Source: Paraspadella gotoi
Taxonomy: Eukaryota > Animalia > Chaetognatha
Direction: 5' to 3'
Assembly (NCBI GenBank): GCA_051294375.1
Contig: CM119267.1
Coordinates: 3,032,297-3,096,296, forward strand
Length of the DNA: 64,000 bases
This document shows, one piece after another, positions 25,778 through 38,418 of the stretch. Each line of letters begins with the position of its first letter. Position 1 is the first letter of the stretch. The notes beneath the pieces were generated by a model. The model saw only the letters and a list, made by a program, of their open reading frames with translations. It was not told the origin of the DNA and ran no database searches. Both the position numbers and the translations under genes were made by a program.

Positions 25778-28700
25778 GCAGAGGAGAGAGAGAGAGAGAG
25801 CATGGGAATGTAGGGAAGAGAGAGGGAGAGATCTAGTAAAAAAAAAAGATAGAAAAATTTTGATTTTATGGCACCTCGGAACGCAGAGGTTCAGTAGAAG
25901 CGCCTTCAAAATGCGTCGAGAAAACAGAATCCAATATGCCGATAGAAAAAAAAAACGGGGTGCAGCGAGAGAGATGGAGTGAATGGGATGGGCTGATGCG
26001 GCATACTCTACGGGCCATGGAGTGAAGGATTTAAGTGATGGCTAGAGGATATGAAAATGGAGTTGAAGGGATATGGCGCAAAAGGGATTCAGATTGGAGA
26101 TCATTGGAAGTAGAAAGAATGATTTTTATAATTTATGAGTTTTGAGTTGTCGAGGAGGACCAATGACGCAAAGTTTAAAAATCGCGATTGCTGATAGCAG
26201 TCAGCTTTAATTCACGTTAGCTGGATTTGTAACCTCGAGCACAGTTTGGTACAATTTAACTTAATTGTTAGCATTGCAGATTAGCCCAAAAAAAAAATCT
26301 AACAAAAAATGTTCTCTTGACTCTATATGTCATCTTCAGTTCCATTCTCTGGCCATAAATTGGAAAAAAAAAAATCGAAGGCCTCTTTCGTCTCTCTCTA
26401 GATACTTACATAGGTAATCAACCACGACGACAAACTATATATTTTCGTATTATATAACCCTTTATTGGACTCGCCGCCGGCCGTTCTTTAGTCACTTACC
26501 GCCATTTTGGTTTACCATTAACACACCGCCATTAGGCCTGTTACCATCTACAGGCCGCGAGGCCCTGTGATATTTTCCGTCATCCATCCCTACTTAAGCT
26601 CTCTTATAGTGGGCGTCGAGCGTTACCATTAGTTGCCACCACCGACGTTTATTCTCTTTCCTTCGACGACAGTAAATTGGGGGGTCAATCATCCTTTGAG
26701 GAGAGAGAGAGAGAGAGAGATAGAGAGAAATAGAGAGAGAGGGGTAAGGAAAAGGAGAGAGGGGATAGGGTAAGGTTAAGAGGGAGTGTGTTCGCCGCTC
26801 CTTGTTCTCGTCTTCCCCCGTCGCCGTCGGTTACAGTACTCCGCGGTCGCGATCGACTTTGATGTGAACTTTATTGTAAACTGAAAGGAAGTTAAGTATA
26901 TCGAGGGGGCGAAGGGTTTGGGGTGAGAGAGGGGGAGAGGGGGGGAGAGGAGTAAAGGAGAGCGAGGTTACACTCTTGGTAAATATGTAAGAGACGGAAT
27001 TAATTGTTATAAGTTCGTATAAATTGTTTGATATAAGAATCCCTGGAGCGTGAAAAGCGGTGAAGTGGCCCGTCCCTATTATCGTCTAAGCGGGGCTACC
27101 GGGTTAGAACCCGGGACTGTGAGATGGGAGGCGAACGACTTGCCTCCTGGCAGCAATGACCGGTGTGAACTTATGGTGGGTTTTAAGCCACCAGATGGCT
27201 AAGGGCACTTTGTCTCGTCTTGTTTTTCCCTTATTTCGGAAGAGGCTTTCCTCGCCATGGGCCACGCCACGCCACGCCAGTCGCCGCTCTTTCCGAAATA
27301 GATGGAAATTGGAAACTTTCTAGGAAAAAAAAACAACAAAAGGATCTTTTGTTTCATTTTTAACTCTGTCTCTTCATCGTTTTCCTTTTATATAAATCAT
27401 AAAATTGTTCTTTTTTTTTAACCAATTTAACTTTACGAGTATCCTTTGACGCATATATCTTAAAGTTTCGGTCATAAAACTAAATCGAGGAACATAATTT
27501 TATTTAACATAAAAATTGTGGAATGTAACTACAGTAGTATGGTTAAAAAAAAAAAGGAGATGAATAATGAACAACGCGTATATAAATCGAGTCACTGAAC
27601 GTTCAGCTTTATCAGTCATTGCAGTTAACGGGAGTCTTTACCAATCGTCATTTATTATCTACAGTTTTCAATTATATTCACTTTTCATAAATTCCAGATG
27701 TCATTTAAATAAGCGATTTCTAACAATATTATTTCGATTTCGTTTCAAATTTTCCATTTCGTCTTGTCGTTCGTCTCGGGGTCCTTCCATCGTAATGCAT
27801 TGGGAGGGGAAGAGAAGAGGATATCCGATTCCTCTCATCTTCCTTAACAACTTCATCTTTTCTCTATCTCTCTTCTTCTTTTCTTTTTATATTTCTTTCT
27901 TCTTTCTTCGCGTCGATATCTTCGTCTTCGCGATTCGTTGCGATAAATTCCAGGCACCGTCTTCGTCAGTTCCGGCTTCCTCCTCCGTTTTCCGGCGCCG
28001 AGGATCGACGCCCGAGAACTCTCGGTCGTCACGGTTGATCGGGCGCGGCAACATGAGGGATCCGTTTGTATTCTTTGGCATTAGCATTGGTCGAGCGTCC
28101 GTTTCGCGATGTACGCGCGCCGCCGCCGCCCGCGGCGAGCTGGTGCAGCGGAGCGACGATGCCGTCGCTCGCCACGGCGGGATCGTACTCGGCGAGAGCC
28201 GGAAGAGGGGAAAGACTGGACGACGAATTTGTTATTTTGAGTTTTCCCATGCCGGAAATTGATGTGTGAGATTGGTGGGGTTGATGGGAGGGCGAAAAGT
28301 GGATGCTGGTGTGCTGCTTGCGTCTCGCTGGATGCGGCGGATGCGGCGCGGTAGTTGTGAGGATTGAAACAGCGGCAGAGGTTTCGGGGGAAAGTCGGGA
28401 AAGCTGATTGAATGGGCTGTTGGGGATGTGGGGTGTAGAGGTTGGGTGAATCCTCGTATAAGAGTCGTGAGGCGTGAACGACAATGAGCAGATGATGGAG
28501 AAGCGGGCGAATTATGGTGATGATGATTTGAGGAGAGAGTTGATGGTGAGAGCGACGCTCGCTTCGCGGCGCCGAATCCGTCGTGAAGAAGGAAAGGGGG
28601 AAGGAGGGGGAGAGGGGAATGGAGGAGGCATAAGAACTCTTCGCGTTCTGAATTCGATCAGAGCGTATCGAGAAAAGATTCCTGTCGAAGATCCGTGGGA

Positions 28701-31700
28701 TCGCGCTAAAAACATATTATATATTAAATACATAATAAAATAAATAAAATACAATAGATAAATAAATATTAATACTTAAATGATAAAAAATTTTAATTAA
28801 ACAAATGAAAAATGTTAAAGACTAGAAGCCAGTTAAATTTCAAAATTACTCTAAAAATATAATTCAATTTGAGAATAATAGTAGACGAAATCAGTACAAT
28901 AGCGATCGCCGTTCTTTGGCTCACCTCCGATTGTTACAGTTTTCAACTCCTGCGCCAGACGTGTTGGGCAACCGTTCTGCCTTAGGTTTCTTTCCTGCTT
29001 GCGCCCGGCGCCGGTCGCCTCCCGGACGCCCCCCTTCGCGTCGCTTCGGTCCGTGACTACCAGGTCGCCGTTTAGAGCGTCTCGAGGTACGCGGTCCGCA
29101 TTTGGCGACACTCTGTTCGATTTCGGTTGGAATATCCATCGCGATCGATTCCTGATCGGGAGGAATGAGAATTAACATTTTGAATATATGGGAAAAGATA
29201 AGTGTTAGTATGTTTCCAATGAGAAAAAACTACATGGACCACTATACTCTGGAGATTGAAAAATTCATTTTAAAGTAAGATTTCAATTTCTCTTTGAATT
29301 CCTTGGGAATTTCTTTTTCTGATTTGTAGGTGGTAAATTAACAATATACTATTTGGGATTTTAATTATTTACTTGGCTTGAAAAAGCCCCGGCTGTTTAA
29401 AACTAGGGACAACGAGAGTACTTTTTTGAGTGGTACGGGAAAATGACATGTGACTAATTGTAGTATTTTAATTTAGCTTCTCTCTGTAAAAAATCTATTG
29501 AAAGATACAGTTAAATGATTGTAGTAAAAAGATGAGTTAAACGAAACTTTAGTTCAATCTACTACTCAGGGTTTCACGTAAATTTTCACGAGTAAAAATT
29601 TTGGGCGTAAAAAATTTAAAACTAGGCGCGATTGAATGAAGTAATAAAACGGAACATTTAACTAAAAAGCGTCTGGTGAAAGATATATAATCGCTAGAAG
29701 CACCCCACGCAAAAATATAATTTTTTTAAAAAAAAATATATAGTTTTAGTTAATAAATCAGAATTTTTATGTAATTTTTTCTTTTTCCATCGTTTTTTAT
29801 GTTACGATTTAAAAAAAAAATTCTCACATAGTGGAAAATTAAAAATAAAAGGTAAGCTAGTCAAAACTGTAAACAATTATTTGGACAAAACGCGTTCCTT
29901 GGATTTTCTCCATAAGATGTCAACGCCAGTCATAATTAAAACTCATATCTCGTATATAAATGCATTATTTTCGTATCAGCTGGCCGAACCGCTGGCCGAG
30001 AAACCATATCGCGGCTTGAGATTCAAAGTCGCAACGTAAGACATAACAAAACGAATAGTGGATTGGCGATCGCGGACGTACGACGACGACGGACGACGAC
30101 GACGTCGACGACGAGACGAAGACGAATGAAGACCATGAGATAAAATTCTCTCACTTCAGCGCGATCGAGTCTCTCGATCGGAACAAAAAGAATTAATCTT
30201 TCACACAATCGAAGTCAAGTGAAAAGCGAAAGAAATAAAGAGAAACAAGATCGATTTTCTAAAGGAAACGTTTTCATACGATCTACTCCGTATCGCTATT
30301 GGCGGGATAAAGATTATTATCGGTAATTCTAATATAGTAATAATTCTTGATATCAGGGTTTTCCGTAACGCTACAATTGTGGGATGAGGAACTAAGTGTG
30401 CAATAAGTTCTTTGACCCCTCACCATTGGATCCATCCATGTATCCAGGGCTTGTGGTTGGGTAGGTGCCATTAGCGTAGGGTTGGTTCCAATAGCGACCT
30501 CGCTGTATAATAGACATCGTCTCTGATCGCAATCTTCGTATAAACGATCTCGATGATATCTCTCTGTATCACGACGCCAACAAATTCTAAAAATAAAACA
30601 TCGTACCCCTCGAATCGGATCCGCGATAAAAGTCTTTTTTGGCTCACCATTTTTTAGACTCGATTTCATAGTAATTCTCCATTAAACTTTTTTTTCTTTC
30701 TCTTTTTTTCGAGACTGAAAAAAAAAAAGGGAAAAATAATCTTCAAATTTCTCGCGCGGAAATTAAAGTTGGGAAATTTCGCGAAGAGATGCTTTTTTTG
30801 GGGACTTGTGTTTCTCATAGGAGAGAGAGAGAGAGAGGAGAGAGGAGAAGAGAAGAAGAGAAGAGAGCAGACGAGAGAGACAAGAGAGAGAGAGGAAGAG
30901 AGGTGAGGGAATAGGCGAAACACGCGAAGTGGAAAGAGTGTCCCTCTGACAAATGTCAAGATGACCTAAGACCAATATAGCACTTTATTGATTAACAGAT
31001 AACGCGAGGTAATTATTCAAGTCAATTTATTTATATATTTTTAATATTTTTCTTATTATCATTATTTATAATTCCAAATTCACCTGGTCCGATCGCCGCG
31101 AAAAGTAAGAAAAAAGAAAAATTGCAAAATTCCGCCGTCTAAAAAAGATGATAAATTCATTTCGGGATTTTGAGTGGGTGGAGGGAGGCAGGGGAGAGAG
31201 GGGGAACATGTTGGATTCTCTCTTCGTTGTGGCTCTGTCTCTCTTCTCTCTTTCTTCTTCTTCTCTTGTGGTTGTAGGTATGATGTCTTGGTCCTGTCTG
31301 TGGGATGTTTTTGATCTATGTCATGTTCTGGGGCTGAGACGCATCTGGTGGTGGGCTGGGATGCTTTGCTTTGGGTCGCTTAGTGGTGATTACGATTATC
31401 GTCTTTGTGTCGTCGTCGGTCGTTCGGTCGTTGTCGTCGGGCATGATTCGTCTCTTCCTATAGGTCTATTCCGAACCCAGGGATTTCTACTTGTAGCACT
31501 TTAAATAACAGACTTTATTGCTACTCAAAGAAGAAAATGAGAAATGTGGGGGGATAATGGATCGTGGGGATGTTGGTAATTTTGGTGTTGGTTTTAAAAA
31601 AATATACTAATTACTGGTAGTGTATATGGATTACCTTTTCATAATTAACTATAAGTTGTGGTGATACAATGATTCATGAAGATTGGGAATGATCTTAGAT

Positions 31701-31871
31701 GTGGAAAATTGCAAGTGTGTTATGTTTTGATACAGTGCATTGTTTTAAAGATTTATATTTTCGTGGTATGATTGTGTTTTAGAGGTTAGTTTGGCGGGGC
31801 CGCCTTAGCGATTAATCTTTTCCGACAACATTCCACCCCCCAAAAACGAAGCTTTGACTTTATGATTGTCT

Positions 31872-31957
<86 letters not shown>

Positions 31958-32748
31958 CTTCCTTGCCCAATATACATTCACATCTGGAAGGGCCCTTCTC
32001 TGTCTTGCCATATTTTTTGAAATACTAAAAATAAAGTCTTAAGGTTAACATTTGTAAATGATTTTGGACAATTGATTTCCGTTGCTCTTTTGAGAAGAAA
32101 AAAAGGCAGAATGGGTCTCTGGAGTTTATCTTTTTTTTTATAACTTAAACTGGTATATAATAAATTATTTACCATCGTAATGAGAAAAACCCATGTAATT
32201 AGTTATAATTAGTCCTATATTTTTTAATTTATAAACAGCTCGTAAACTAAAAGTATGTCGAAGAAAAATTATGATTACTCTTTTCGCCAAATCGTTTACA
32301 GTTTCCATGTGGTCTAGTGTTAGGATTCGGCGCTATTCGCCGCGGCCGGGTCGCTTCCCCGCATGGGTGTGATTTCGTTTTGTCGATACAAATTAAACCG
32401 AGTCTATGTAATACGTAATCAGTATAAAAATGTTTTTTTTTTGGTTTAATTATTACTTAATCGCGTTTAAACGAGGTGGTTAATAGCTTTATAATTGCTT
32501 TAACATTGCTTTAAATTCTTGATTTTTAAATTGTCTTTAAATTACCGCGCCAAAATAGTGTGTTTCCTTTGAAAGGAAAAGATCAACGAAATCCAAACCG
32601 GATTCAAAACTGATCAAAAGTGATCGAAACGTTAATCTGTGGTAGGATCGCTTATCCATTAGATTCCTTGTGTGTCTGTGTTGATCAAATATTCATGGCG
32701 GATTTTTTTAAAAAAAAAAAAAGAAAATTTTTGTAGCGCTCCCTGAAG

Positions 32749-32790
<42 letters not shown>

Positions 32791-32792
32791 AA

Positions 32793-32824
<32 letters not shown>

Positions 32825-32849
32825 NNNNNNNNNNNNNNNNNNNNNNNNN

Positions 32850-32885
<36 letters not shown>

Positions 32886-35674
32886 ATGGGACAAAGTTTG
32901 TAAGTTTAAAACTATAGTACATTTTTTCAGTGAAGTTATATTTTAGTGAGATATTCTTAAAATATTGTAATTAATTCTCGGAGATTCTCACGTTCTCCTC
33001 GACGGATAAAGAAATTCCTACAGGAGATCGATGTTCTCGTAATTTAAAAACAAAATTACATATATATACATAATTACATATTGTCTACGATAAAATAAAC
33101 GTTTCATATCTTTAACTCACCAACTCTCTCTTCCTCTTCTCTTCCCTCGATTCAAATTTTCGCGCCACTTCCGCTTTGAAACCTCCTTCCGCCGCCGACG
33201 GATCCTCATTGGACAAAACGTCCATCAAGTACGCGATGTATGACGTCGCCAATCTCAGTGTTTTTATCTGATTGGTAGACAAATAAGTTTTTTTTTTAAA
33301 TTTTATCTACTTTACGAAAGGAGGAGGTGGGACTATACACTATTGACAGTTTTTGGCTAAACAAATTAAAATTTATCTCAAGCCCGCCGTCCGCTTATCC
33401 GCCTTTCCTCTTCACCTTGGACAGTTTCGTGTCTGACGGAACGTTCGGGATTCTTCCTCTAAGATCAGAAAAGGCAGAGTTGATGGATTGGGTTCGGCGA
33501 CGCTCCTTTTTGTTAGCTGCGGACAAGAAGGCGGGTAAAGAGTTTACATTTAATTCATTTCGAAATAATATGTCATTTCACTTCCACGCTCAACCACCGA
33601 AACAGACAAATTAGCACTGTTTTCAGAAAGCGCCCGATTTCTGTTTCTAATCCTAAACCCGAATTCCTAACCAAATCTTTGACAATATTCTTGACCTAAT
33701 CTCTAACCCATTGCCTATCCCTTACCCATTGCCTATCCCTAACCCATTGCCTATCCCTAACCCNNNNNNNNNNNNNNNNNNNNNNNNNCGGAGTCTTAAG
33801 GGATCGTCTGTCTGATCAAAAAATAAATTTGGTTAAAATTTCACGTCACATTTGATTCCTTCGATTTCCACGAGATCCAATATTTTTCGTGGTGAGTCAC
33901 TCCTTTTGAGTTGCGCCGTTTTTAGCGAAGCGAATTCGTAGTCCATAAGTCACATTGGTATCAATCAGGTATCGGTAAATGTATGGTAGCTCTTTTTAGT
34001 TTTTGCTGACTGTAGAATGGAAATATATTAGATAATTGCAAGGTTTTCTCTTGAAGCTTGACTCCAAAGAATTTTTAAAGAGAGTGACTCCGGACAATCA
34101 GACATCATCGTAACAACTACCAATATACAATTTATATTATACATTATGTTATTATTACACATGTATGATATAATAATATTATTAATTCATTAATAAATAA
34201 TATAAATAATAGATAAACAGATATAAATATAAATACAGTGAAATTGGTACAACCATTATAAATAACATATTGATAAATAATAATTAATAATAGATAATTA
34301 ATTAAACAAAATCCGCATTTCCTTTCCAGGCGAAGACGATTATGCGATGGCGCCGCTAGAGGACGGGCCTTTCGCTCCTTACCTCAGCCTTTTCCCTCAC
34401 GTCTCTGACTTCGGATCGTCAAGAAAAGAACGGGCGGCCAATCGTGTGAGTCGCTTTGACAAAGGGATTTTCGTCGTCCGGTTCGGTTCACTGTTGAAAG
34501 TTGAATTACGTACTTGGATTTGTCGGATTAAATTCAGAATTAATCTTGGATGAAATTGGTACAGCAATAAAAAATGTCTATATAAAATTATCCATTAATT
34601 ATATATAAGATGTCTTGTCCTGACTTTGGACAGACTCTGGAGGCTTAAGTTTAAAAAAATGAGGGTTAGGGATAGGCAATGGGATAGGCAATGGGTTAGG
34701 GATAGGCAATGTGTTAGGGATAGGCAATGGGTTAGGGATAGGCAATGGGTTAGTGATAGGCAATGGGTATAGGATAAGCAATGTGTTAGGGATAGGCAAT
34801 GGGGTTAGGATAGTCAATGGGATAGGCATAGGCAATGGTTAGGGATAGGCAATGGGTTAGGGATAGGCAATGGGTTATGGATAGGCAATGGGTTAGGTAT
34901 AGGCAATGGGTTAGGGTTAGGCAATGGGTTAGGGATAGGCAATAGATTAGGGATAGGCAATGGGTTAGGGTTAGGCAATGGGTTAGGGATAAGCAAAAGA
35001 TATTCTCCCTTAACACCCAAAGTCTCCCTCGACGATACAACGATTCGTCGACAAACCCAACTTCCTTGGCTTCGCCTTAATCAAAACTGGAATAACCCAA
35101 ATAATAATTATCCATTTATTCAACAAATAAGCTATCTTGCCCCTGAGTTTGGACAGGCCTGGCTGGTTTAAGGCCTCCATCACTCTTACAAGATAATGAC
35201 GTAGCAGGACATAGCAAGCTTTCAATCAAGACTCACACAGACTCGTTTATTCCCTGAGCAGTGAGCACCCGGCTTCTCTATCAATAAAGTGGTATAATAT
35301 TTCAAAGTATGTTTCAATTGTATAAAAGGACCACTCCCTCAAGTAATGTTTATTTCTTGCAGCTAACCTTATCACAGCAGCAATGGCTTTTGGTTAATGA
35401 ATAAATCAGCCCTTTCCACAAACGAAATAAAACTGGAAACGTCTCCCCAGAACTCATTTTAATCTAGATAAACTGGCTAACCTTTCCTACCGCCCCGATT
35501 GCTAATGTTTTTAAAGATAACCTTTCTCTTCCTCCTTATTTACATCCGGACATCCCCCTTCTTCCCCGTCAACGACTCCCGCCCAGCCTCCCTGGGGAAG
35601 ATCGTCGTCAGAAAGATCGCGACGGGGATTTGGGGAAAAACTCACACGTTCGATATATCATTTCTCAATTAAAA

Positions 35675-35712
<38 letters not shown>

Positions 35713-37391
35713 ACAACAACCATAACAACACCATCTTTCCTTCCATCGACTAACCCGTCGTCATGGACGTCGCGTAAACATCTCCGGCTGCGGCCGCTGC
35801 TGCCGCTGCGGTCAACGAGTAAGGCGCCAGCGGATGCGGAAGCCCTGCGGCGGCGGAGGCGGCGAGCGAGGAAGAGGATGAGGGGGAGGAGGAGGAGGAG
35901 GAAGCGAGGAGATGAGCCGAGGAAGATGGAGGAGAGGGAGTTTGAGAGGAGGAAGCGGAGGAGGAGTGGAGCGGAGAGGAGACGTCGATGATGGGCGCGG
36001 TTCCGCCAGGGGGAGAACTGAGGGAGGAAGAGAGAGAGGATAGAAAGAGAGAGGGAGGAAGAGAGAGGATAGAAGGATAGAGGGAGGAAGAGAGAGATGA
36101 TAGAAGGAGAGAGGGAGGAAGAGAGAGGATAGAATGAAAAAGGGAGGAAGAGAGAGAGAGGATAGAAAGAGAGAGGGAGGAAGAGAGAGAATAGAAGGAG
36201 AAAGGGAGGAGAAGGAGGGGAGAAGAGGGAGAAAAGAGAGAGAGGGGAAAGGGGGAGAAAAAAGAGAGGGTAAATAAGGAGAAAGACAACTAGGTTAGGA
36301 ACAGGATTCTTATGAATTACTTGTTTTACTATATTAGACTTTAAAATTTCATATAAAATTTCCAACTAAATGTAAAAATTTAATACGTTAGATTATATAT
36401 TAGATTTAATTATATTCTTTATATAAAGTATATTCTTTTATAATGTAATGGGGATAGGGATGTTAGTGTTGTCCTCTGGAAATAGAGGGTGCGTCTATGC
36501 AACACAAAGTTAAAAGTTACTTTCTGCCTTAGTTTTCTAATTAGATATTAGACATCATTACTCCTGTGAAAAATGTTGCCGATTTCATCAAAATGATAAA
36601 GGAAATTCCAACTATAAAGTTATAACCACCCCCCCCTCCGCTCTCCACCTCCGTCAAAATAAAAAAAATAAAAAAAGAGCAAAAATTATCGATTTTTCGA
36701 TCAAAAACAAACTTTACGAGATCAAATTTCACTTCTTTTTTTTTTTAAGCCTCGAGTTCATTTATGGCGATCAGCGCCGCCAAGAGTCCCAAAGGTAAAC
36801 CCGCTCTTCCCCGTTCGTTCATAACTCGAGGCGCCAATTCAATTTAGCGGCGGAGAATCTTTTGTTTTTATTTTCTTTCTTTTCTTCATTGTTTTTGTTT
36901 AAAGATGTAGAGCTTTATTGATGTTGATTCACAATATATCTGTACTACACATTAAAGACTAAAGAGAGTAGCGAAATATTTTAGTATTTAATAATTTCTC
37001 AATCTATTTTAAATTCTTTTTTTTGCTCATATTCTTTATCTGTAAAATCATCTCGGGTCTGTTTTGAGCCGCTGTTATTATTCTTTCATTGATCCAAGAA
37101 ATGCCGCACAAGACGTAAAATTTTTTAGAAATATAATATACTTTATCAAACTTAACGTGTCATAACATTCCAATATAAGAAAAATGTAACCGTAAAATTG
37201 TTGAGAAGTCAACAACAACAACAACAAACATTGGCATCTTCTCACCTTTGATTGGAGGCGTAGACGGCGGCGGCGGCGGCGGCTGAGGCTGCTGAGGCGG
37301 CGGAAGACAACCACGGCGCTTGTGAGTAGGAGGAAAGGATTCTCTGAGGTTCCGACGCCGCCGCGAAAAAACTGGGAGTGAGTTTAAATGA

Positions 37392-37459
<68 letters not shown>

Positions 37460-38418
37460 GATAGAGCAGACTTAGATCAGCGTTAATATTACGAGACCGG
37501 AAGTTAGCCAAGAGGAAATTTCAAAATACAAGACAATGGAAACAAAAAAAGAAAAGGAAAAGAAAAAAGGGGAAGAAGGAGACTGAAAAAAGGGCCTTAT
37601 TTTCCCAGAACTCCCCATTTCATCCTAAATTTGAAATTTGGTTAAAGGTTAAGGTTTAGGTAAGGATTAGGTTAGGAATTAAGGTTAGGGTTTTTTTAGT
37701 GATTCAGGATTAGATTAAAGTCAGGAATTAGGGTTCAGAATCATTTTATAACTTTAAGTATATGAATAGGTTAAATATGAATATTAAAATTTAACTCTGA
37801 GATAAACGAACAGAAACGGGGCTCTCTTGGAAAAGAGAGCCGAAAAAAGGTTGGGATGGAGGAGGGACGATGAAAAAGATAATAAGACGCCAAGAGGGAT
37901 CGACTTCTGTCATCGCGTCGAAGAAGATTGGAGGAGACAATGTTTGATTTTCTTCTGTTTGATTCGTTTGAAAGATTTTCGAGATAATCGGTATTATAGG
38001 TAATATAGGTCTGATGAAAGTTGTTTACGGATTTTGTAATAATTTTATAACGTTAGATTGATAGCAAGACAGATTATCTATTAAATTAAATTATTTTTTT
38101 ATCGGTTGTACCAATTTTATAATTTCGATTGATGAGGTTGTTAGGCTTATAATTTTTATGTGCTGGTGAATAGAAATTTAAACTTTTTTCCTTACTTTTT
38201 CTCAATATTTGTTATTCGATGTATCCTCACCCGGACGTTGGAGAAAAGAATTCGGCGAAAGACGTGGACGGCGGCGGATAAAACCCGGATGTAAACGAAG
38301 GAACGTGACCGGAAGTAAAATGCGACGTTGTCCCGTGCCCGAAGTGACCCGGATGAGATTGAACTACGTGGGGCGGCAGAGGGCCGACTCCAGTCATCAC
38401 AGCAGCGACGGCGTCCAT
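20752..38418 (-). CDS. Hand: Hand (heart and neural crest derivatives expressed) bHLH transcription factor, multi-exon, ~676 aa
   Basis: Phase-consistent GT-AG exons: 38418-38231, 37371-37246, 36017-35755, 33516-33416 ([34 protein letters not shown]), 33267-33121 ([18 protein letters not shown]...), 22181-21939 ([19 protein letters not shown], the Hand C-terminal signature) and 21714-20752. A likely 5' UTR exon ends at the gtaagt donor at ~38519. Confidence 0.95.
21939..22181 (-). CDS. Hand: Hand exon carrying the conserved [12 protein letters not shown] motif
   Basis: 243-bp phase 0-0 exon with a cag acceptor and gtgagc donor. The motif matches HAND2 [20 protein letters not shown]. Confidence 0.93.
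25262..25330 (+). tRNA. tRNA-Glu (probably TTC), imperfect: pseudogene or sequencing errors
   Basis: TCCCATGTGGTCAGTGGTTAGGATTGGGCGCTTTCCCGCCGCGGCCGGGTTCGATTCCCCGCATGGGAG has acceptor stem TCCCATG/CATGGGA, A and B boxes and a downstream TTTTT. It differs from eukaryotic tRNA-Glu by a few single-base deletions or substitutions. A second degraded copy is at ~32303-32367. Confidence 0.7.
25838..32824. other. Indel-rich tandem second copy of 18934-~25840, including frameshifted copies of the last two Hand exons; probable gap-filling artefact
   Basis: Colinear with 18934-25840 throughout. The differences are mostly scattered 1-bp indels plus a junk-like ~60-bp insert at ~26555. N-gaps flank the pair of copies. 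Confidence 0.9.
33121..33516 (-). CDS. Hand: Hand bHLH-domain exons (33516-33416 and 33267-33121)
   Basis: Near-identical to the HAND2 bHLH ([16 protein letters not shown]...[27 protein letters not shown]), with canonical splice sites and matching phases. Confidence 0.97.
33704..33763 (+). repeat. 18-bp minisatellite (taacccattgcctatccc)n, truncated by an N-gap
   Basis: About 3 visible units. It is the reverse complement of the array at 34662-34992. Confidence 0.9.
34330..34445 (+). CDS. Candidate Hand exon in antisense orientation relative to the gene
   Basis: GC-rich island with a tttccag acceptor and gtgagt/gtgtga donors on the + strand. It starts in phase 1 ([28 protein letters not shown]), and a shifted frame near its end reads IVKKRT, like the pre-basic Hand motif. 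Confidence 0.45.
34662..34992 (-). repeat. 18-bp minisatellite (gggttagggataggcaat)n, ~18 units
   Basis: Seen directly; inverted relative to 33704-33763. Confidence 0.95.
35085..35322 (-). mobile_element. Short interspersed repeat family A (reverse copy, in a Hand intron)
   Basis: Reverse complement of the family A core (gcaagctttcaatcaagactc; taagctatcttgcccctga). Confidence 0.8.
36462..36580 (+). mobile_element. Interspersed repeat family B fragment
   Basis: tggaaatagagggtgcgtctatgcaacacaaagtt...agttttctaattagatatt aligns by eye with ~44980-45100. Confidence 0.65.

Noticed and set aside
27567-29180. Second Hand paralogue or pseudogene
   Set aside because: It lies wholly within the indel-rich duplicate and has no second bHLH, so it is treated as a likely assembly artefact.
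34599-35040. (PLPIPN)n and (LSLTHC)n repeat ORFs
   Set aside because: They are translations of the intronic 18-bp minisatellite.
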